Virus record (IMG/VR): IMGVR_UViG_3300016476_000328
Location: 1-46,535 of that record
Length of the DNA stretch: 46,535 bases
Direction: 5' to 3' (one strand)
Source of the DNA: a virus
Lineage: Duplodnaviria; Caudoviricetes
Shown here: one piece after another, positions 28,939 to 36,538 of the stretch
Numbering within the stretch: the first letter of the stretch is position 1
How the letters are laid out: each line of letters begins with the position of its first letter
Notes under the pieces: model-generated
Database searches by the model: none
The model's input: only the letters and a program-made list of their open reading frames with translations
Told to the model about the DNA's origin: nothing
Made by a program: the position numbers and the translations under genes

Positions 28939-30288
28939 ATGCGATTTTCAGAGATAGAATTTTTATTAGAAGCAGGTTTAACTCCTAAAGCCATCCTAAA
29001 GTATCCATGGAGGGCACAACTTTTTGTTGACCGTATCTCTAAAGGTGTACCCTTTGAGACCGTAACAGGCGAGATGGTTGAGATCGACCCCTCTGAAGCA
29101 GAACGTGTTGAGAACATGATTAACATGGGCTCTATTTCCGGTGTGCTAAGAAAGAAAGATGGCGGCACAATAGCATTTGGTAACTTAAAAAAGACCGCAG
29201 AGTTTGCTAAAGAAGGTGGCGCTGGAGCAGATACAGTGTCAAATAGGGGCGACATCGCTGAGGGTATCCTAAGTGCGGCATTGTTCGCCAAGCTGAAAGC
29301 TCGTGTAGATGGTACAATCGGTGAAGTCACAGAGATGGACGTCTGGCACGTAGTAGATTCACTAAAAGCATCTGGCGGTGACATGTATAGCGTCAACGTT
29401 AAAGACGCAAGCAAGAAACTCGTTAATGACAGCATCATTTATACACTGCAACTTCCAGAGCCAGCATATCTTGACCTCACTAACCCTGAAAAGCGTGGCT
29501 CACTAAAGCAGGAAACATCTAGTGCAGTGCTATTTGCCAACAGCAAAGACAACGAAAAGTTCAGTGAGTACTTCTATCTCAATGGCAAACCAGATATCAT
29601 TGACATTGTCTGTGATGGTGGTAACCCTGCTAAACAAAAGACAAGCAAAGTAGACATTGAAGTTGTCGTCACTGACAAACTAACCGGTAAGCGAAGGAAA
29701 CAGCGCCTCGATATTAGTCTTAAGGCTGTGGCTAAACAGTTTGGACAGGTTGGTATGGGTAGTGCAGCTAAGGGCGATTACTTTGAAAAGCAGGCTTCCC
29801 TATGGAGCAAGTTCGGCGTTGATATTGAACCTGTCAAGGGAACTTTTGAAAAGCTGGCTAAGAAAGACTTGCTAAAGGCTGTGGCAGAAGTATACAAATA
29901 CTCTGCTAAAATCATCAATAACATGCTGGACGGTGATGACAGCATGGACGAATATCAGTACCTAAAAACTATGACTGCTGGCATCAACTACTTTGCCACT
30001 CTAAACACACCCAACGTTATTCTGGTTAACCTTAAGGGTGGTGGCTACGAGATGATCAGTTTCAGCAATATGGAAAGTAAACTAGAGGGTGTTGATTTAG
30101 CTGCCCGCTACAGAGCAGATTTGGCTACCCCTCAGGTTGAAGTATACGACACATTTTCAAATGAGATCCTTTTCCAAGTACGTGTTAAGTGGCTTGGTGA
30201 CGAGAAGCGAAACTACGTTGAAAAGGGCTCGCTCATGGGCAAGTTGCTGGGTGCCACAGTCAAGCCAATGAGAAAAAAGAAACAATAA
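28939..30288 (+). CDS. possible PD-(D/E)xK restriction-like nuclease
   Basis: G..AEG helix, KVDIEV and ISLK arranged like motifs I-III; MRFSEIEFLLEA leader. Confidence 0.5.
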   Translation: MRFSEIEFLLEAGLTPKAILKYPWRAQLFVDRISKGVPFETVTGEMVEIDPSEAERVENMINMGSISGVLRKKDGGTIAFGNLKKTAEFAKEGGAGADTVSNRGDIAEGILSAALFAKLKARVDGTIGEVTEMDVWHVVDSLKASGGDMYSVNVKDASKKLVNDSIIYTLQLPEPAYLDLTNPEKRGSLKQETSSAVLFANSKDNEKFSEYFYLNGKPDIIDIVCDGGNPAKQKTSKVDIEVVVTDKLTGKRRKQRLDISLKAVAKQFGQVGMGSAAKGDYFEKQASLWSKFGVDIEPVKGTFEKLAKKDLLKAVAEVYKYSAKIINNMLDGDDSMDEYQYLKTMTAGINYFATLNTPNVILVNLKGGGYEMISFSNMESKLEGVDLAARYRADLATPQVEVYDTFSNEILFQVRVKWLGDEKRNYVEKGSLMGKLLGATVKPMRKKKQ

Positions 30289-30303
30289 TTGATAAATATT
30301 CAC

Positions 30304-30540
30304 ATGAAAATCGAAGAAATACTTGAAGATGCAGGTGGTATGGGAGCGGGTAGCGTAGCTGCCGTTTCAATGCCATTTATGCAAATGCACCGTAGACGCA
30401 AGAACCGCTTGATTAGACACAAGGCAGGCGAAGAGATTCAGCACCGCAGGGCGGCTAAAGAACTAACTGAAGAAGAACTAGAACAACTAGCTTTAGAAAA
30501 AGTCCTTCAAGTTTTTGATTACACAGATTACAAGGGTTAA
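30304..30540 (+). CDS. small hypothetical protein
   Basis: MKIEEILED leader; TAAATA at 30293. Confidence 0.7.
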   Translation: MKIEEILEDAGGMGAGSVAAVSMPFMQMHRRRKNRLIRHKAGEEIQHRRAAKELTEEELEQLALEKVLQVFDYTDYKG

Positions 30541-30544
30541 AGAT

Positions 30545-31519
30545 ATGAAATTATTTGAACTTTTCGAAAGTCCAATTTTAGGCGGTGCTAACAACCTAAG
30601 AGCAATCGCACAGGCTGCAACGTCTGGCGGCGAAGCTCACATTACCCTAGGTGATGAGCCAATCACATTAGAACACCCAGAAGCACGTTTTGTATACGGT
30701 CTTTATAAGCGTGCTCTGCAAAACGGACAACAAGAGCAATTCCTAAAAGCCCTTACAGATCCAATGAGCTTTGATAAAATGATGGGCACTATGAGAAACA
30801 TGCTGTATAGGGATCGTGGTCCTGAGATGGCACAGGCAGCAGCGGCTCGTATCGGGGAACCTGGCATGCAAGAGGCAGTTGGCATGCACATGACAGAAAA
30901 CACAGAGACCCTAAAGCATATCGTTAATCGCTTCAAACACGAAGTAAAGAATTTCCTAAATGGTCATGAACTAGACACTGACCTATACAATGCATTGTTT
31001 GATTACTATAGCGATCACGGTGAAATGCCTTATGGTGTTGCTAAGGCGAGAGACGATGATCCTGTTAATTGGGTAACAAACAGATTCGGTCAGGACGTAC
31101 ATCAATACGTTCACGAAAGTACATATTTTGAAGGTGAGTATATCTTTGAAGGCTGGGCAGAAATGATGGCAGCTTCCAAAGAGCGTGCGGAAAAAGAAAA
31201 AACATCTGGTAAATTCGACAAGAAAACAACAAGCACGGGCACAGTATATACTCGCAAGTATAACCCAGATACAGGTGAGACTGAAGAACCTAAGAAAGAT
31301 GCAGAAGGTAAAGAGCCAGTAAAACGCGGTCGTGGTCGTCCACGCACTCGTCCCGAGCCAGATACAACTGCACCAAAGAGAGGTCGCGGTCGTCCTCGTA
31401 AGCATCCTCTACCAGACCCAAATGCACCTAAGCGTGGTCGCGGTCGTCCTAAGAAAGTCCGTGAATGGATTGAGACTCTACGTTTCGTAGCAGAGGGTTT
31501 TAAGAATGCGTCTAAGTAA
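30545..31519 (+). CDS. AT-hook-containing probable DNA-binding head protein
   Basis: Three KRGRGRP[RK] motifs near the C-terminus; MKLFELFES leader. Confidence 0.8.
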   Translation: MKLFELFESPILGGANNLRAIAQAATSGGEAHITLGDEPITLEHPEARFVYGLYKRALQNGQQEQFLKALTDPMSFDKMMGTMRNMLYRDRGPEMAQAAAARIGEPGMQEAVGMHMTENTETLKHIVNRFKHEVKNFLNGHELDTDLYNALFDYYSDHGEMPYGVAKARDDDPVNWVTNRFGQDVHQYVHESTYFEGEYIFEGWAEMMAASKERAEKEKTSGKFDKKTTSTGTVYTRKYNPDTGETEEPKKDAEGKEPVKRGRGRPRTRPEPDTTAPKRGRGRPRKHPLPDPNAPKRGRGRPKKVREWIETLRFVAEGFKNASK

Positions 31520-34500
31520 CATAACAGAAAGCGACATCAGCGGGCTATTGTCCGCTGCTCGCGATTACAACAAAGTATTCCGCATCACTGCTGAACTAGC
31601 AGAAGGCGGAGTTAAGAAATTCAAAGTAAAAGCACAAAGCGAACGTGTTGCAAGAGAGAAATTTCTCAAGCATGCTAGCATGGCTAAGATCCTCAAGGTA
31701 GAGGACATTACCAATGAGAGTGTTAATGAGGCAGGTGAAGACACATTCATGTCTGCACTTAAAGGCCTAAAGAGTTGGCAAGTTGTTATTATGAACAACT
31801 ACTACCGCGGTAAGTATTCAGACTACAGTGGTAGATATTATTATGTATTGGCGTCAAGCCCAGAAGAAGCCAAGCAAGTTGTACTAGACAATGCTGATGC
31901 CATTCTACAAGACTTACTGTCAATGAAGTCTGTCAATGGCAAGAAGATACTACCACGTAGCAGTGCTATTCCTATTACTGATAAACGCATTGGTGAGATT
32001 AAAGATGGTACAGAAGCTGGCCGTATGAGTACCGCAGGCTTTAAGCGCATGTTTGGCCCACAAGGTCCAATGATGGTTAAACTAAGTGGCGGCGCAGTAG
32101 TTGATGTACAAGGTCAAGAGCAAGGTGTGGCGGAAGGCGATCATCCAAAAACCTGGCACGATGTTGATCCAAAACTTGGTAAGGCTGTGGACAAAATGTC
32201 GCAGGCTGAAAAGGTCAAAAAAGGTCTTGCCCATCCTGATACACTGAACACAGAAAAAGTCTATAAAGTTGTAGCACTCGACAAGAGCAATGCTCTAAAG
32301 AAGCCAACAAAACTAAATGTAAAAGCCAGTAGTATAGAAGATGTGTTCAGTAGATTAGCAGCCAATGATTGGTATGCGTTATCAATTAATGGTGTTGAAG
32401 TTGTTGCTGGCAAGCGTCTAAAGCAAGGTGTGGCGGAAGGCTCCGATTATCAATCATATCTAGACAAGTATTCTAACTCTAAGTCTAAGAAACCGTTGAT
32501 GACTAAAACCGAATTTGATACCCTTCAGAGAAAAAAAGAAGATGACAAGAAATACAAAAGAGTAAATGGTGTAATAGTCGGTCGCAAAGGTGTGGCGGAA
32601 GGCTCAGAATTTGAAGACGCATACGATAAAGGCTACAGAGATGGCTACGATGGTAAAGGATACAATAGCCCGTTCCCTGTGGGCAGTGACCAAGACGATG
32701 AATACGAAGATGGTTATTCCAGCGGCAGACTAGACTACAACAAGATGAACCAAGATTTGGACGAGCAAGGTGTGGCGGAAGGCGAGTATAAATCAAGACA
32801 TATCCATCGTCAAGAACAAAACAAAAAATATGACGAATATTGCCGCAGTCAAGAAGCCGCCGGCAAGAAGCCAATGAGTCGTGGAGATTGGGCCGCTACT
32901 CAAAGAAAAGGTCAAAAGCAAGGTGTGGCGGAAGGCTCATCAGATCGTAGGAAGCAAGAACAAGAAGCAGATAAATGGTTGGAAAAGCGTATAATGAAAT
33001 GTACTTGTCCCACCTCTGCACGAAATAATCCTAAATGCCCGGTGCATGGTAAGAAGAAAGGTGTGGCGGAAGGCTCTGACAATATCCGTTCAATGATTCA
33101 GCAATATGAAGATATGGTAGAACTGGTGTATGATTTGCCACCAGGACGAAAGAAAAATATTGCCATCGACAAACGAGATGCGTTAGAAGCACAAATAGAA
33201 GCAATGCCCGGTGGCAAAGAAGCATTACGCAAGTGGGCAAGAGCATACAACGATTCTTTTGACGAAGGTGTGGCGGAAGGCTCGTTAGAAGAATACGGTA
33301 ATACCGCACGAGGTCAAAAGATGCTGACCAAAGTCCATAAACGAGCAGTGGATCGTGTGATCAAGGCAGACGATAAAAATAGACTAGAACCAGATTATAC
33401 CAAAAGAGATCTAAAAACAGTAAGAAAGAATCAAGCAACTGCTGACCGTGCCTGGGACAGAATGTCAGACCTAGACGAACAAGGTGTGGCGGAAGGCTAT
33501 CCAAAGCATCAAGACTTGAGTGGTATTTCTACAGACAAACTAAAGGCTTACTTAGACAAGCAGAGTAAGCAACAAGTTTCAGGCGAAGGTAATCAAATCA
33601 AGCGTGTTCGTGCCGAATTACAGCGTAGAGAACAAGGTGTAACGGAAGTAAGCACAGAACTAAGAAACCGTTACGTAACTCGTGCAAGCAGTGATTATGG
33701 TCATGCCAACTTCGGCGCTAGAATGTCTAAGGATGATCCTAACTTGCAGGATTATCACAAAGAACAAGCACGTAGGGCACAGAAAAGAGCAGCAGGCCTA
33801 AATCGTGCGTTAAGTGATAAGCGTCTTGGTCGCGACGTTGCTGAAGCAGGAACACTTGCAGGAACCCTAACACTAAAAGACAAAAGCGACTATATGGCGA
33901 GAAGAAAAGCCATACAAGACATGCAGATGGATCCAGAGTTTGGTAGGAACCCTCGCTTAAAAGCTGAAATAATGAAGCTTCGTGCAGAGTTAGAAAAGGC
34001 TGCAAAGGCAAAAGGTCTTGTTGCAGAAGATGCTTCTGGTTTAAACGTAGGTGATCCTGTAGTTATTACAGGCAACGTCAGCTTTAAAGGTAAGACCGGA
34101 GACATTGTTAGTTTTGGTCGCAATAATGCATTTGTTGTAGTTGATCTATACAATCACGGCAAGCACAGCTTCCATAGCAGTGACGTAAGTTTCAATGACT
34201 ATGCAGGCAGTGATGACGAAGAAGCACGTATGTATGATGCAGGTGAGTTTAGAGATGATGTGGATGAAGGTTATTTGGATCGTCCAGGTCAAGAAGACAG
34301 TCCCGTCGCTCAAGCTATTACACGCCGTATCCTTTTACAACGCACTGACTTGCTAGCCAAGTATGGTCCAGAAAAAGTTATGAGCGCTATTGATGAAGTT
34401 GCTGACTTTGTTGGTGATGTTGACGAAATCGGTAGCAGTGATGTTAGTGGTTGGGTTCGTCATGTTGAGCAAATATTGGGCAACATGGAAGAAAGCAAAC

Positions 34501-34655
34501 TTGAATCTGAAGATCAAGGACCTAAGAGTGCATTGGGCAAAGCTCTGTGGAGAGACCTAAGCAAATTCAAAAAAGCTAGTCCAGTACAGCAGCAACGTAA
34601 TAAAGAACGTTGGGCAGCTAATCCTAATAACCCAATTAATAAGGCAGGCAAATGA
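31506..34655 (+). CDS. repeat-punctuated modular polyprotein
   Basis: 1049 aa; eight GVAEG linkers plus variants GVTE, DVAE, LVAE separating unrelated modules. Confidence 0.85.
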   Translation: MRLSNITESDISGLLSAARDYNKVFRITAELAEGGVKKFKVKAQSERVAREKFLKHASMAKILKVEDITNESVNEAGEDTFMSALKGLKSWQVVIMNNYYRGKYSDYSGRYYYVLASSPEEAKQVVLDNADAILQDLLSMKSVNGKKILPRSSAIPITDKRIGEIKDGTEAGRMSTAGFKRMFGPQGPMMVKLSGGAVVDVQGQEQGVAEGDHPKTWHDVDPKLGKAVDKMSQAEKVKKGLAHPDTLNTEKVYKVVALDKSNALKKPTKLNVKASSIEDVFSRLAANDWYALSINGVEVVAGKRLKQGVAEGSDYQSYLDKYSNSKSKKPLMTKTEFDTLQRKKEDDKKYKRVNGVIVGRKGVAEGSEFEDAYDKGYRDGYDGKGYNSPFPVGSDQDDEYEDGYSSGRLDYNKMNQDLDEQGVAEGEYKSRHIHRQEQNKKYDEYCRSQEAAGKKPMSRGDWAATQRKGQKQGVAEGSSDRRKQEQEADKWLEKRIMKCTCPTSARNNPKCPVHGKKKGVAEGSDNIRSMIQQYEDMVELVYDLPPGRKKNIAIDKRDALEAQIEAMPGGKEALRKWARAYNDSFDEGVAEGSLEEYGNTARGQKMLTKVHKRAVDRVIKADDKNRLEPDYTKRDLKTVRKNQATADRAWDRMSDLDEQGVAEGYPKHQDLSGISTDKLKAYLDKQSKQQVSGEGNQIKRVRAELQRREQGVTEVSTELRNRYVTRASSDYGHANFGARMSKDDPNLQDYHKEQARRAQKRAAGLNRALSDKRLGRDVAEAGTLAGTLTLKDKSDYMARRKAIQDMQMDPEFGRNPRLKAEIMKLRAELEKAAKAKGLVAEDASGLNVGDPVVITGNVSFKGKTGDIVSFGRNNAFVVVDLYNHGKHSFHSSDVSFNDYAGSDDEEARMYDAGEFRDDVDEGYLDRPGQEDSPVAQAITRRILLQRTDLLAKYGPEKVMSAIDEVADFVGDVDEIGSSDVSGWVRHVEQILGNMEESKLESEDQGPKSALGKALWRDLSKFKKASPVQQQRNKERWAANPNNPINKAGK
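32122..33497 (+). repeat. array of eight identical 17-bp direct repeats AAGGTGTGGCGGAAGGC with unique in-frame spacers
   Basis: Copies start at 32122, 32425, 32587, 32767, 32920, 33058, 33265 and 33481; degenerate ninth copy at 33634. Confidence 0.95.
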
Positions 34656-34810
34656 TATTCTATACAGGCGTTGAAGCATGGGAACGTTGGAACGAGTTTA
34701 TAGCGGACATGTGGTTCAATGCCTTTATCAACTTATACTTTGCACCTTACATGTATCTTGGCAAACAAGATGAAATGCTAGATACGTTTAAAAGCATATG
34801 TAAAATTTGA
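34652..34810 (+). CDS. small hypothetical protein (52 aa, not in ORF track)
   Basis: ATGA overlap; MIFYTGVEAWERWNEF...SICKI; ends 1 nt before the next ATG. Confidence 0.55.
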   Translation: MIFYTGVEAWERWNEFIADMWFNAFINLYFAPYMYLGKQDEMLDTFKSICKI

Positions 34811-34811
34811 C

Positions 34812-35231
34812 ATGAAGCACTGGCAGGATTATTTTCGTAGCAGCTACGAACTTGTAATAGAAGCAGAAGGCAAATCAGATCTCTACCTCGATGAAGAAGT
34901 GGAAGCATATCTAGTTAGACTGTTGGCAAAATGGTTTGACAAAAACGACATTCCACCAGACACTCCAGTGGCCATTATGTTGTTGACAGCTATGCAGAGT
35001 GCAGGTAAGGATAAGGTTCAGAAACTTACGGAGACGGCAGACGTCTGCTTATTTTACGATAGTTTCAAGATTAAGCAGCGCAGATGGCCTACTCTAAACT
35101 ACTATAAAGACATGGGCACTATGGCATATGGCATGGCGCATGTTGCAACGAATGACTCGCTGTACAATCAGCTGGAAAACAAGTTTATAATCTGTAGTAA
35201 AGTATTAGCTAACATACCAGTTCTACGATAA
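34812..35231 (+). CDS. hypothetical protein
   Basis: 139-aa ORF. Confidence 0.75.
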   Translation: MKHWQDYFRSSYELVIEAEGKSDLYLDEEVEAYLVRLLAKWFDKNDIPPDTPVAIMLLTAMQSAGKDKVQKLTETADVCLFYDSFKIKQRRWPTLNYYKDMGTMAYGMAHVATNDSLYNQLENKFIICSKVLANIPVLR

Positions 35232-35251
35232 ATACAACAAAGGATTGACAC

Positions 35252-35692
35252 ATGGACGAACTAATACAAGCACTTAAAAAAGTTTTGGCAAATGAATACG
35301 CATTTGCACTCAAGGCTTTAAATTTCCACTGGAACGTTGAAGGTCCAGATTTCCCACAATACCACGGTTTATTTGGTCAGATCTATGACGAAGTATTTGG
35401 TAGCGTGGATGTTATTGCAGAACGTATCCGCACATTAGGCGCATATGCTCCAGGCAGCTTCACTCGTTTTAGCCAACTTGCAGACATTGAAGATCAGGTG
35501 GAAATTCCAAGCGCAAGATCCATGATGGAAAAGCTGATCACAGATACTGACATCGTGCAAGCAAGTATCAAACAATGCTACGACCTAGCAGAGCAAGTGG
35601 GCAATCATGGTCTTAGTAACCTAATGGCTGAACGCCAAGACGCACACGCAAAGCATCTATGGATGCTGACTGCAACTCTAAAGAATCGTTAA
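35252..35692 (+). CDS. dps: Dps-family ferritin-like DNA protection protein
   Basis: HWNVEG..F..YH..F...Y.E....D..AERIR.LG and H.K..WML signature. Confidence 0.95.
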   Translation: MDELIQALKKVLANEYAFALKALNFHWNVEGPDFPQYHGLFGQIYDEVFGSVDVIAERIRTLGAYAPGSFTRFSQLADIEDQVEIPSARSMMEKLITDTDIVQASIKQCYDLAEQVGNHGLSNLMAERQDAHAKHLWMLTATLKNR

Positions 35693-35698
35693 TAGACT

Positions 35699-35725
35699 GA
35701 ACTCTAGTACTAAGTATTAGAGTTC
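35699..35725. other. intergenic hairpin
   Basis: GAACTCTAGTAC-TAA-GTATTAGAGTTC 12-bp stem just after dps. Confidence 0.6.
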
Positions 35726-35736
35726 TATTATATTTG

Positions 35737-35988
35737 ATGACTTCAAAACAAATAATCAAAGACCTAGTCAAAGTCAACCTATCAAAGAATCAAATAGCAG
35801 CATTGGTGTCTTTTATAGAAAGTATGGGCGAGGATATTTTCAAGAATTCAACTCTCCTAAAGCTAATCAATAGGAATGAGTTGGAATCGGTGCCTGCAGA
35901 ATTGGCAAAATGGAATATTCGATCAGGTAGGCGCACCGAAGAACTGGCCCTACTACGCAGCCAAGAGATAGCACTGTTTAACCAATAA
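35737..35988 (+). CDS. GH24 lysozyme C-terminal-lobe-only protein
   Basis: V.LS.NQ..ALVSF, STLLK.IN, KW...G....L..R..E..LF; no catalytic N-lobe. Confidence 0.7.
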   Translation: MTSKQIIKDLVKVNLSKNQIAALVSFIESMGEDIFKNSTLLKLINRNELESVPAELAKWNIRSGRRTEELALLRSQEIALFNQ

Positions 35989-35990
35989 CA

Positions 35991-36019
35991 TTGACTTACA
36001 CGGCAGCATCATCTATAAT
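35991..36019 (+). promoter_or_regulatory. sigma70-type promoter for the replication operon
   Basis: TTGACT-17 nt-TATAAT; AAGGAG RBS downstream. Confidence 0.85.
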
Positions 36020-36044
36020 ACTAGAACTTTAACAAGGAGTTATT

Positions 36045-36302
36045 ATGGATCCACGTATGTTTAGTGCCGATGAGAAAGCTAAGATCAAAAAGCTATTCGC
36101 AGAAGGCATTCAAGTGATGAGTGAAGTCAACGCACTCAATGAAGGTCTAAATGATACCATCAAAGGTATCGCAGAAGAAATCAACATTAAGCCTAGCGTT
36201 CTCAAGAAGGCCATGAAGATTGCATTCAAGAATGAGTTCAGCAAGGAACAAGAAGCCTTTACAGAAGTAGAGGAAGTACTTGAAGTTGCAGGTCATCTTT
36301 GA
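36045..36302 (+). CDS. small helical dsDNA-binding protein (T4 DsbA/GapR-like, tentative)
   Basis: 85 aa; L.D.IK.IAEE..IKPS.LKKA.K pattern. Confidence 0.55.
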   Translation: MDPRMFSADEKAKIKKLFAEGIQVMSEVNALNEGLNDTIKGIAEEINIKPSVLKKAMKIAFKNEFSKEQEAFTEVEEVLEVAGHL

Positions 36303-36538
36303 TTAACGCCCTACGTAATAAAACGTGGGAATTCTGGTTTGAATGGGGCTGCACTCTTGTATTAATCATTGGTGTAGCCCTAACCAGTTTTAACATCTAC
36401 CCACTTAACATCTGGCTAAGTTTCTTGGGTAATCTTGGCTGGATGATTCTTGGCTATCTATGGCGCAAGTGGAGTCTGTTTGTGGTTGAACTAATTATAG
36501 TTGTAATTTACATGGGCGGACTGTATAATATTGTATGA
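36299..36538 (+). CDS. small 3-TM membrane protein
   Basis: Hydrophobic 79 aa, TTG start; layout similar to ORF 16718. Confidence 0.7.
   Translation: MINALRNKTWEFWFEWGCTLVLIIGVALTSFNIYPLNIWLSFLGNLGWMILGYLWRKWSLFVVELIIVVIYMGGLYNIV

Noticed and set aside
32124-32133. Chi-site identity of the repeat core GGTGTGGCGG
   Set aside because: It is G-rich like Chi but does not match GCTGGTGG, and the host's Chi sequence is unknown
32122-33497. CRISPR array interpretation of the 17-bp repeats
   Set aside because: Repeats are short and non-palindromic, spacers are 121-286 nt and highly variable in length, all preserve one reading frame, and no cas genes are seen
31506-34655. Diversity-generating retroelement as the source of variation
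   Set aside because: No reverse transcriptase and no template/variable repeat pair differing at adenines in this window
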